Positions 1-10,638 of a stretch of 64,000 nt of DNA are shown in pieces. The stretch is from Macrostomum lignano. Its lineage: Eukaryota. Location: positions 73,641-137,640 of the forward strand of contig NIVC01000373.1 of NCBI GenBank assembly GCA_002269645.1. The letters are read 5' to 3'. Position 1 is the stretch's first letter, and the number at the start of each line of letters is the position of its first letter. The position numbers and the translations under genes are program-made. The notes under the pieces are model-generated. The model did not search any database. It was not told where the DNA came from and was given only the letters and a program-made list of their open reading frames with translations.

Positions 1-26
1 ACTAAATTTAAACGAAGCAAAGCAAC

Positions 27-2567
27 ATGTACGGTTTTGGTTGCTTATATAACTGCAGCCTACCTCTTCCTATGCCAGTAAAAGCAGCACATTCGTCTTC
101 AATAACGCTACTGTACAATGGATCAAAGTTTAAGGGGACTCAGAAAAGCAAAGGGAGCAGTTACGATGTTGAAGTTACCATATTAGTAAGTTTTATTGAT
201 ATTAATATACTAGCTGTGCAGCTTGTGCTATGCAAACTTAACATTTGGCTTTATAAGTACATTTGTTAATATAATTAGGGCCTATATACTTGCACTAATA
301 TTAAATATTAGTAGGACTTATTTATACTTAAACACTTGCATTGCTGGCCAATGATTTGGTATAAGCAAATTAGGTAAAAAGAGTAGTAACTTTTTTATAC
401 TTTTATATTATTATATTAACCTAAATATCAATGATATGAAATATTCAACTAAAAAATCTGAATGAATTATAGATCAAATTATAACAAAAACTATTATTGG
501 CATAAATTTGAGTTGGAAATTTTATATTGGCATGTTGCTAACTGCTAGGGTTGATAGGATTTTGTCTGCTAGGGCCTAATACAAAGTCATTTTGTTTACT
601 AATTTGGTCATTTTGTCTGCTATGCCCATAGAATATTTTAGGCCTATAAGCTACATATTAAGTTGTAGCACTCAGAACTCTGAATAAAGAGTTTCAGTCT
701 CAGTGAGACCCTTACCAAAAAATTAATCTTTAGACATGCTTGAAAAATTTGTTTTATCTATAGTAGACAAAAAGGTGATAGATGATATCATTGCATACCA
801 TTGCTAGTATAGCAGCTATTACTACTACCATTGACACAGTGTTTTTTTAAATACAAAGATAGGAGAAAGTTTAGTATAAACTAGTCTAGAATTGCAAGGC
901 TATGGAGAGAACTTATATTTAAATCTTTAGCTAAACATAAGCATTTAATATGAAATAAGCAAGTGCTGACACCACTAGATTAAATACACTACACCACCAA
1001 TTTTACTGGTTTCATATATAGACATTTCCATATCTTTCTAACAATTTCAGTTAATTTTTGGAAAAAAATTTGATGCTGGAAAAAGGACACCACAGACATT
1101 TGAGGCTGTATAACATTAGTACTGACCTTCCCTCACATTCCCTGGTATAACTCTAACTGAAACCAGATAGAAAGGAAATTCAAATGACAGTTTTTTGTTG
1201 CAAAATTATCTTTAGTTTGACACATAAAACATAAAAATTGGTCAAGGTACTCATGCTTGGGCGCAACCTAGGGATTCACCCGGCCTTTTCTATTGGCAAC
1301 ACAGACATGTAAGTCGCTATTGGACGGGATAGTAGTCACGTGACTGTTCTCAGCCAATAGCGACTTACATGTCTGTGTTGCCAATAGAAACGGCCGAGTG
1401 ATTCCCAAGGTTGCACATGTATGAAGGTACTGAGCTAGAGCAAACATTCCTGGAACTTTTGGGACACCCCTAGTAGTTTTATATAATAAATTAAATTAAT
1501 TAGTCAAGTTGCTGAGAAATCATTGTAAAAAGTGTATATGCCATCAATTTTAATCCAGACTACACTGCACTTTCGACCCAACAGAATGCTAATCTGGAGT
1601 CGCACAGGCTCTGTGGCCAGCTGTCCCTCCAGGGCCCCAGCATGGACTTGGCGATGACCACCTACTTTGAGGGCGAGCTGGTGGGCCAGCGGCACTCGTT
1701 CCTCACCCGCAAGTGGGACGTTGATGATGAGGTGGACAGGCGGCACTGGAGCAAGTTCCCCGCCTTCGCCGAGCACCTGCAGTCTGCCTTCGAGGCCGAC
1801 ACGCTGGACTACGCGGCCCTCGAGGACTCTGACTTTGTCTTCATGCGCTGGAAAGAGCGCTTCTCCATCAGCAACTGCTCCGCCAGCAATGTCTCCTTTG
1901 CCGGCTTCTACTACATCTGCTTCCAGAAGTCCACCGGCCACATCGATGGCTACTACTATCACCGCGGCAGCGAGATGTGAGCAGGGGTATAGGGCAGTGA
2001 GCAGGAATATGGGGCAGTCAGCAGGGGCATGGGGCAGTGAGCAGGGGTATGGGGCAGTGAGCAGGGGCATGGGGCAGTGAGCAGGGGTATGGGGCAGTGA
2101 GCAGGGGCATTGAGCAGGGGCATGGGGTATGGGACAGTGAGCAGGGGTATGGGGCAGTGAGCAGGGGTATGGGGCAGTGAGCAGGGGTATGGGGCAGTGA
2201 GCAGGGGAATGGGGCAGTGAGCAGGGGTATGGGGCAGTGAGCAGGGGAATGGGGCAGTGAGCAGGGGTATGGGGCAGTGAGCAGGGGTATGGGGCAGTGA
2301 GCAGGGTTATGGGGCAGTGAGCAGGGGTATGGGGCAGTGAGCAGGGGTATGGGGCAGTGAGCAGGGGAATGGGGCAGTGAGCAGGGGAATGGGGCAGTGA
2401 GCAGGGGTATGGGGCAGGGGTATGGGACAGTGGGCAAGGTATGGGCAGTCAACAGCGGCATGGGGCGGATCCATTTACCGTGCTGTCACCCGCCGCACCG
2501 CAGGTTCCAGACGCTGTCCTTGAACCACGTCAGTCTCCGAAGCAGCGGCATCTACGAGCCCATGTGA
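27..2567 (+). CDS. GID4: GID complex subunit 4 (Vid24 homologue); exons 27..185, 1585..1976, 2504..2567 (204 aa)
   Basis: Exon 1 encodes LLYNGSKFKGTQKSKGSSYDVEV; exon 2 LCGQL..TTYFEGE..FLTRKWD..FMRWKE..SFAGFYYICF..GYYYH; exon 3 FQTLSLNHV..IYE. GT/AG sites, phases join, total 615 nt. Start could be ATG 27 or 72. Confidence 0.92.
1252..1423. mobile_element. Palindromic MITE, hAT-like (8-bp TSD)
   Basis: AAGGTACT direct repeat at 1244..1251 and 1424..1431; CAT...ATG termini; long near-perfect inverted arms (TTTCTATTGGCAACACAGACATGTAAGTCGCTATTGG and its reverse complement) around AGTCACGTGACT. Confidence 0.75.
1977..2458 (+). repeat. 20-bp minisatellite GTGAGCAGGGGTATGGGGCA filling GID4 intron 2
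   Basis: Over 20 tandem units starting at the splice donor. Confidence 0.95.
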
Positions 2568-2823
2568 TGGGGTGGCCACTCAGCCCGAACAACTTGCTAA
2601 TCAAATGACTGATTATGACTGTTCATAAGCGGTATTTAACATTTTTGTTTCAGATGTGTAAATAATGCTAATTGTAAATACATGTGAAAGTGAACTGTTT
2701 AGATTTTCATCTAACCTGCAGGATAAACAATAACAAGCAAACGAGGTGTTTTTATTTTTGTTGTTTTTCACAAAGAGAGCAAACAAACGCAGCCAGTTGA
2801 AATGCAGAGTTGAAATGCGGAAT

Positions 2824-5800
2824 TCAGAAATCGTAGCTCTGCAGCTGGTAGAGGCGAGGCCCCTTCTGCAGCAGGAAGCCCTGACTGTTCAACGCCTGCA
2901 GCAGGGCGGTGGCGTCCGTGGAGACGCCGAGGGAGCGCACGTGCTGCATGAGCTCCTCGGAGCTGAACAGCCGGTTCTGCCGCTGCTCGGCCGCCCGCTG
3001 CAGCCGTTGGAGGAGCCGCTTGGCCGCCGAGCGGCAGGAGACGCCACTGGAGCGGCTGACGTCCACGGCGCCGGTGTCGTCGGAGAGGAGGTCGCGGACG
3101 CAGTCGCGGGTCAGCTGGATGGCGCAGCGGGCGTCCTCGGCGGTGCACAGTTCGCGCAGTTCGGCGCGGGCCCGGGCCTCGGTGAGGCGGACCAGCGACT
3201 CGAGCTGGCGGGTGGTCACCGGGCAGGCGTCCCGGCAGCGCAGGCCGGCGCGCAGCTCCAAGTAGAATTTCTGCAGCTCGGCGGCAGCCTCCCTGGTCAG
3301 GCGCGGCTGCACGTACTTGCGGGCGTACGCGATGTACTTGCGCATGAGCGCGTGCGGCACCGGGTTGCCTGCGGGGAGCGCGGAAACTGCCATGAGCATG
3401 GCTTTACATTTTCGAGGTCTTGCAAGCTAGGTTCAAACATTAAGAATTGGAGTATGTGTTCCCATGCATTTACACATGTAGTACTGGAAATTTGATATCC
3501 CCGTAAGCACCCACAATATTTTCCCCATTTCATGGAATCTCCCCAGCTGCCCACCTCCGGCGGCGGCGGCCATGGCAGCAGAGACTCCGCCAACGCTGCT
3601 GCCAGCAGAGCTGCCTGCGCGAGAGTGCAGCGACATGACGTGCTCGGACAGCAGGCCGTCCAGCCGGCGGTCCGGCCGGTCCACCAGGATGAAGGCCAGG
3701 TCGAAGCGGCTGAGCAGCGCGGCGCTCATCCGCAGATTCTCGCCGACGGTGCGCGCCCGGTCGAAGTGGCCGCTGACTGGGTTGGCGGCTGCCACCACGG
3801 AGCAGCGGGCCGGCAGGCTGCAGACGACGCCAGCCTTGGCGATGCTGACGCTCTGCTGCTCCATAGCCTCCAGCAGCGCGGCGTGCTGCTTGGCCATCTT
3901 GTCAAACTCGTCGATGCAGCAGACGCCGCGGTCCGCCAGCACCAGGGCTCCGGCCTCCAGGCCCGACTCGTTGGAGCCGCGGTCCTTCGACAGTGAGATG
4001 GTCAAGCCTGGGGGAGTGCAGTGCACACAGGGTCTGACAGGGCATGATTGAGCTGACTGAATTCCCCGAACTGACAGGACATGATTGAGCTGACTGAATT
4101 CCCCGAACTGACAGGACATGATTGAGCTGACTGAATTCCCCGAACTGACAGCACATGATTGAGCAGACAGAAATCCCCAAACAGAAGGCGCACCCACCCG
4201 CCGTGCTGGAGGTGTTGCCGCACACGTAGACGCTGCGCGGGGCGACGCTGGCCACGGCCTGCAGCATCTGGCTCTTGCCCAGGCCGGGGTCGCCCACCAC
4301 CAGCACATGGCTCTCGCTGCGGACGCCCAACTCGCCGCCGCGCTGCGAGCCGCCGAACAGGGCCAACAGAAGGCCGGACTTGACGCTCTCGTGACCGAAG
4401 ATGGCCGGGCACAGCGAGGCCACCAGGGTGCTGAATACATTCGGCAGCGAATGCATCGCCTCGATGGCGTACAGCTCCTTCACGGTGAACTCCGAGTCCA
4501 CCATTGCGTCGCCGGGAGCGGAGCGGCGCTGCTGGTCGCTGTGCAGGGCGCACACGCGGAGCATCACGTTCAGCACGCAGCGGTCCTCGGCGGCGGCCCG
4601 GGCGGCCACCACGCCAGTGACCGTCACCGTGTCGCCGGGGGCGCACGAGTCCACGAGATCGTGGGACACCTCGCACTCCAGGGTGCGCGGCACGCGGCCC
4701 TGTCGGCGGGTGGACCAAAGTCTGGCGTGATTTCGGTTGATGCCTCTGTCTGCGCTGCTCCCCGATTCACCCGCCCCTCCAGTCCGCTGCTCCCCGATTC
4801 ACCCGCCCCTCCAGTCCGCTGCTTCCCCGCCCCTCCAGTTGCATTCACGCCCCTCCAGTCCAGTCTGCTCCCTGATTCACCCGCCCCTCTAGCCCGCCAT
4901 TTAAAACCGCCACCATCCCAATGACCCGCCATTTAAAACCGCCACCATCCCAATGACCCGCCATTTAAAACCGCCACCATCCCAATGACCCGCTATTCAA
5001 AACCGCCAAGAGCCTGATGACCCGCCACCAGCCCAATGACCCGCCATTGAAATCCGCCACCAACCCAATGACCCGCCGATCGGCTGTTCACTCGCCTGAT
5101 CATCCACGGTGGTCTCCTGCAGCCTCAGGGTCTGCGCGTCGGCCGTCTGAGTGAGCGGCGAGGCGCGCACGGGGCGGAAGGTCCGAGAGCGACAGCCGCC
5201 GGAGCACTGGGCTGGCGCGGCGAAGCGGCCGCTCTCGTCCAGCGCGAGCACGCAGACGGTGGCGCAGGCTTCGCACTGGAAGGCCAGTCGGCGACAGACG
5301 GCACGGACGGCGCCAACGCGAATGACGGTGCCGCGCACGCTGACCAGACGGCCCAGCATGCGGGCCTTCAGGTCCTGCATCTGGGTGAGCTCGGGTAGGC
5401 TGCCGATCCGGCAGTGCAGCAGCGGCACGCTCGGTGGCGACTGCTGCGAAGGAAGCAGATTGAGGAGGGTCTGGAGGCGCTGGTCTGGGTGGTCCGGGCA
5501 ATTCTATTGGTCAGTTCAGGAGGATTCTCTGGGGCTTTTAAAAAAGAAGTTCAGGTGCGATTCTTGGGTAGCTCAGGAGCGGTTTCAGAGTAGTTCAGGA
5601 GCTGTTTTCAGGGTAGTTTAGGAGCGATCCTCAGGGTAGTTCAGAAGCGATTTTAAGGGTAGTTCAGGAGCGATTTTAAAGGTAGTTTAGGAGCTATTCT
5701 CAAAGTAGTTCAGGAGCGATTCTCAGGGCAATTCCCAGGAGCGATCCTCGGGGTAGTTCAGAAGCAATTATGGGTAGTTCAGGGGCGGTTTTCAGGGCAG

Positions 5801-6538
5801 TTCAGGGGCGGTTTTCAGGGTAGTTCAGAGCGATCCTCTGGGAAGTTCAGGAGCGATCCTCAGGGCAGTTCAGAGCGATTCTCAGGGTAGTTCAGGGGCG
5901 TATTATGGGGGCTCATAAACATCATTCTGATTGGCTAGAGTGTGAGTTGCAGTTCATGTTATTCAGCTCTCCAAGCCGAGCCCCAGGCTCACCTGAGCAG
6001 CAGCCCGGTGTCGGCACACCAGCGAGTGCAGCGCCAGGTGCAAGCAGGCCAGGTAGGTGTCCGGCTGCGCCACCAGATCCTCGGCAAAGTTGGCTACTTC
6101 GGCCTGCGGCTCCGGCGCCTCCAGCAGCTGCTGGCTGGGCACCGAAAGGCCGCCAGCGTCCTGCACGGCTTCCAGGGAGACGCCGCACTCGTCAACGTAG
6201 CGGCCCAGGAAAGCGAGGAAGGCCCGCGTCAGGCGCACCTGAGCCAGCCCGGCCTGGTAGCGCAGCCTTGGAAAGTACAGGCTCCAGCCCGGGAACTCCA
6301 CGCCTGCGGGCGCCTCCAGCACCAGGCCGCTGGACTGCTGCTGCTGAGACTGCTGCTGCGGCACTTCGTCCTCCTCCATGCCCGCCGCTCCCATCACGCT
6401 GTGGAAGCCGCCGCCTGCGCCACCTCTGCCGCGGGTGCCGCCGCGGTTGCCTCCACGGAAGCCGCCGCGCCACGAATTGCGAAAGAATCGGCGGCCGCCG
6501 CCACCACGGCCGCCTCGGTGCGGAGTGAAGGAGGCCAT
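2824..6538 (-). CDS. MCM8: MCM8 helicase; exons 6538..5993, 5443..5096, 4699..4198, 4007..3555, 3368..2824 (797 aa)
   Basis: RGG-rich N-terminus, [13 protein letters not shown], CxxC zinc motif, [11 protein letters not shown], Walker [12 protein letters not shown], Walker [28 protein letters not shown]. Exons sum to 2394 nt. Intron 2 needs a GC donor. Confidence 0.93.
4042..4165. repeat. 37-bp minisatellite in MCM8 intron 3
   Basis: GACATGATTGAGCTGACTGAATTCCCCGAACTGACAG, about 3 copies. Confidence 0.9.
4752..5076. repeat. Two adjacent ~30-32-bp arrays in MCM8 intron 2
   Basis: CTGCTCCCCGATTCACCCGCCCCTCCAGTC-type units followed by GACCCGCCATTTAAAACCGCCACCATCCCAAT units. Confidence 0.85.
5555..5900. 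repeat. Degenerate ~22-23-bp array in MCM8 intron 1
   Basis: Repeated GGTAGTTCAGGAGCGATT core. Confidence 0.85.
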
Positions 6539-7232
6539 GCGCTGGGCTGCTGGCTGAAAGTGGCAGCTGTCTGACTAAACTTCTACACGCACACATTGGC
6601 CTTGACTTTGACTGCACCAGTTTTCACAGAGATTCCACAGTGTCTAATCTGCATGCTACAATTTATGCTCTATCACAGAATTTAATGTGAATATTTTATA
6701 CTTCTCTGATTTTAGCTTATAGATTTTAATAAACAATTTAAAAAATCAAACTTAGTCATTCATTGCCTTAATGAAATTTGTGGCTATGTTAACTGTTAGA
6801 TATAATTAGACCACTATCTACTCTGATCAAGCTAGATGAGTAGGTTTGGCAAGTATATTTTTTGTTTAGAAGTGAAATTGGAATATTTGGCTTTGGTATC
6901 CTTAGCCAATCAAAGTTTTAAGATTTTATAGGTTCTAAAACCCCAAAAATAAGAATTTAAATTAATATAGAACATATTTTATTTAATAGTAAGTATGTAA
7001 ATGTAAACAGGTCTATTATTAATCTATAATAAGAAAAATTAAACAGAAATTAAAATTTACTAAATTCAATTTTTTCTCATTGTTATAGCATAATATAACA
7101 GATACTAAGGTAAAAAATAGTATAAAGAATATAATTAGTATTTAATAGACTTTAGAAAGTTTTTAAACACTTTCTAAAATCTTTTAAATAGGCATAAGCT
7201 AGCCAAATAATAATTCCATTAATTTTTAAGAG

Positions 7233-7502
7233 CATACATGTGCAACCTCCAAAATTTGGTTGGCTGTGCAACTTAGTTTTTACAAAAATGCGACATAGTT
7301 TTTGGCCAAAACGTGAGTTACATGAAAAGAAACCCTATAGCAAAATTAACACAAATTTGGGTAAACGGCAAGAGTAACTATGACTGTCTTATTAAGGCAA
7401 AATGCCTCACCATCTACTTAGTATTACTTAAGTTTTTTTTTGGGTGGGCATTTTTGCAACTGACCTTGGTTGGCCACCAAATCCAACTGTTGCGCATGTA
7501 TG
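7233..7502. mobile_element. MITE with CATACATGTGCAAC-type TIRs (same end family as 1252..1423)
   Basis: Starts CATACATGTGCAACC and ends GTTGCGCATGTATG; 8-bp flanks TTTAAGAG / TGTAAGAA (6/8 match, decayed TSD). Confidence 0.65.
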
Positions 7503-10500
7503 TGTAAGAATACAAGCTTGCATGTTGCAAGCCTAATTATTTTTATTAATTATTAATAACCTCTCTTAGTATAATTATAAATCTTATATCCAAATGTTAA
7601 AAATTCTTCTATTTGTCTAAGACTCAATAATAAAAAATAGATCCAGGCAATAAAAAGCAAAAACATTAGAAATCAAGACAATGCAAATTATAATAAATTT
7701 AAGATACATATATTAAGATATATTGTATCTTATCTTATTATTATCTTATATAATATACAATATATTGTATATATTGTATATTACAAGTTAAGATATACTG
7801 CTATACAGGTATAGCAGTAAAGTACTGAGTCCGCTTCTTATTCCCACCATCACAATTCACATCCTTGGTATGGGTTCTTGGCACATTTCTGTAGAAAAGT
7901 TTCTATTTCTATAGAAAAAAAATTCTATTTAATGAGCATTAGTCATTAGATGTCAAAAGTTGCTGGTTTTTTGTCCTTTTTTAGGCCTCCAAACAGTATA
8001 TTTACATGTATACTATAATCGCCAAATATTATGAGCAATCCTTTTACTTGATATTTTTCATTGACAGATTAATGCATGCATATCTATTGCATTTTGGACA
8101 AACCATTGTTTGGCATAAAAGCCATACAGTACCTGTTTTTATAACTCTCTTCTTAATTACCTGTCATTCTGTTGTTTGTTCATATAGTTTGTAAAAACTG
8201 CAAAAAAATCCTATATGCTCTTTCAAATATTATATTTTATACAATTTTGTTATCACCTGATTAATATCTATATAACTTATTTTTATAACCTATGGGCTAA
8301 ACTTTTTTGTGCAATATCACCAACTACATACATAAATTTCACGGAATACTTTTTTAACTCCTTGCTTTTTCTTTCACCTCATTAGTCGTCCAAAGTTTCG
8401 TCAACAAAATTTATATGTTCTTTCAAATACCATATTGCAAAACTCGTACTTGTAATTGTAGTAAATAACTAATGCTAAAATATTGCCTTCTGTTCCTGAA
8501 GTAATCTTAAAATACACAGAAATATATTGGCCAAACAGGCTTCTTGCCTAAGCCAACTTACTACTACTTTTATATAATTTTAGTCAGATAGGCCCTATAA
8601 ATCAATGATTTGTAATTGAAGATAGCACTAAAAATTATATCATAGACTACTTATAAAGTTAAACATGAGAGTTCCATTCATATATAGTTCACAAATATTA
8701 TTTTTAAACAATATCAATAAACTCCTAAAATATCTAGTATGAGATATGAATACTTATAAAAATATTTATTGAATGACAAATAAAAAAATCTATTATACAA
8801 TAAAAAAATCAAAACATGGCTATATAAACTAAATAGCTAAATTTAGTTAGCTAAATATATATAAGGGATTATAAGCTAGGCTATATAAACTAAAATTTCC
8901 AAAATCCATATTGTATTGTGATACTAGGCCTAGCACTTTTACTGAATGTCTAACATTTTGCATCAAAAATTGCAAAAAATATCAATGATCTTGATGAGGA
9001 TGTCTACAAAAAGTCAGATACAAAAATTGACAACAAACTGAGCTAAAATCAAAATGTTCTAATTAAACAATAAGACAATTCAATCCATTCAGTCCACAGC
9101 TTAGGTAAATTTAAAAGATTAGAATCTTCATACCGTTCAAGGGTGGTATGCCAAGGAACTAAAAGGTACAAACGGCCAGTCAGCTAGCTACCAGACTCCA
9201 GAGCAGCTAAACTCGCACTCGCTAACTTGCCAATAAGCGTGCTCAGACTGATAGTAGTGATTTTAAAGGGCCCGTCTGTCTTGTGGGGAAAATCTAAATT
9301 CGTGCGTAAAATTTCGTAATTATAATAAACAAGTTTTCCAGACAAAGAAATTTCAAGAATTTTCTCTGAACCTAGCTCGTATTTTACTCTGATGGATCCC
9401 TGAAACTGATAGTCTGGTGGCTACTAATAGCTTTGAATAATTGAAATCACAGGGGCGGACTCACGGGGTCGGGGGCCTGCATGCCCCCCTCAGCCGTTGG
9501 CCAAAAAATTGGGCAATACATTTTTTGGCCTGTAACTACATGTACGCTCGTGTGCATGTAGATTTTCTTATATTGGGTTGTTGTAGTTCCTTGTTATAGC
9601 TTGTCCCCCCCACAAAAATATTTTTGAGTTCACCCCTGGATTAAAAATATTTTCAATTTATACTATTACTACCTAGCTTTGACTCTATATCTGTAACCGC
9701 TCTTAATCTGTAAAAAATCTGCGCAAAAAGACCTGAAGACTGTTAGATAGTCGACGCTGAAGCACAAATTAAAGCTTCTGATTCATTTTTCATTATTCAT
9801 TTTGTAAACGAGGATTTTTTTACCAATTACATATGTATATGTCGATACTGGACTATTATTCCAAGTACCCAACAAATACAGTACGAGATCCCACAAAAGT
9901 ACATGCACAAGTATATGCTGCTCGAAGGTCATATTTCAAGGCCCATCCGAAGAAGTAACTGTGCCATGCAGATTCGCACTGCTGCCAGTGTGTCATTAAC
10001 GACGAGGCAAACATTAAACATATCGTGCGACAGTGCTTCTGGCTTGGCTAGCTGCATGCAGCACTTGCCGGTGATGCAGCACTGCAGCTGACACAGACCA
10101 GATACATAATTTTTTCCACCTAAATCCGCCCCTGACCCACTAAATGAGTGGGTCATTTTGAGTGGATGAGTGGATGAGTGGATGAGTGGACTAAATGAGT
10201 GGATTGTCTCAAGGCTTTCATTATAGTTTCTGATAAGTCACTTTGAAATGTTTAATGACACGTTATTATAAGTTCTGCTTGATATAAGCTAAAGTGTAAG
10301 CTCCATCTGCTAACGAAACGCTGGAATTCAGTACGTGCTACACAATGCGTCAACCAGGAACACGTCTACCAGTCTCACTGTGCTATTTTTAGCTCAGCGG
10401 TCAGAGCCGGTTAGGGAGTGACTTGGCGGAGAGTACTGGCAGCAAGACGAAAAGCACTGCATGACACTAAAAATAGAACTGCACGGCTCAGGGTTGCACA

Positions 10501-10638
10501 AGACTGATTCATTTTAGATAAAAAATTTAGTATACACGCTCGTAGCAATGTGTAGATAAAACAGAGAAGCAATTAACAGGGTGGAGAACTCACGAAACAC
10601 TCAACAGGATTTAAAGAGACCCGATCAGCACAAGTAAA

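Noticed and set aside
2567-2824. Convergent GID4/MCM8 ends 256 bp apart as antisense regulation
   Set aside because: Compact tail-to-tail pairs are common; overlap cannot be shown without transcript ends.
3528-3554. ORF text GGGQLGRFH in MCM8 resembles GGQLGRFH in SLC22-B exon 1
   Set aside because: It lies in MCM8 intron 4 past the donor and the nucleotide sequences differ; coincidence.
9450-9638. CAGGGGCGGACTCA ... TGAGTTCACCCCTG inverted ends (possible hAT MITE)
   Set aside because: Imperfect 14-bp match and no TSD (TGAAATCA vs GATTAAAA); possible old element but not supportable.
10390-10406. TAGCTCAGCGGTCAGAGC resembles a tRNA D-arm/A-box
   Set aside because: No T-arm/B-box (GTTCRA) or acceptor stem follows.
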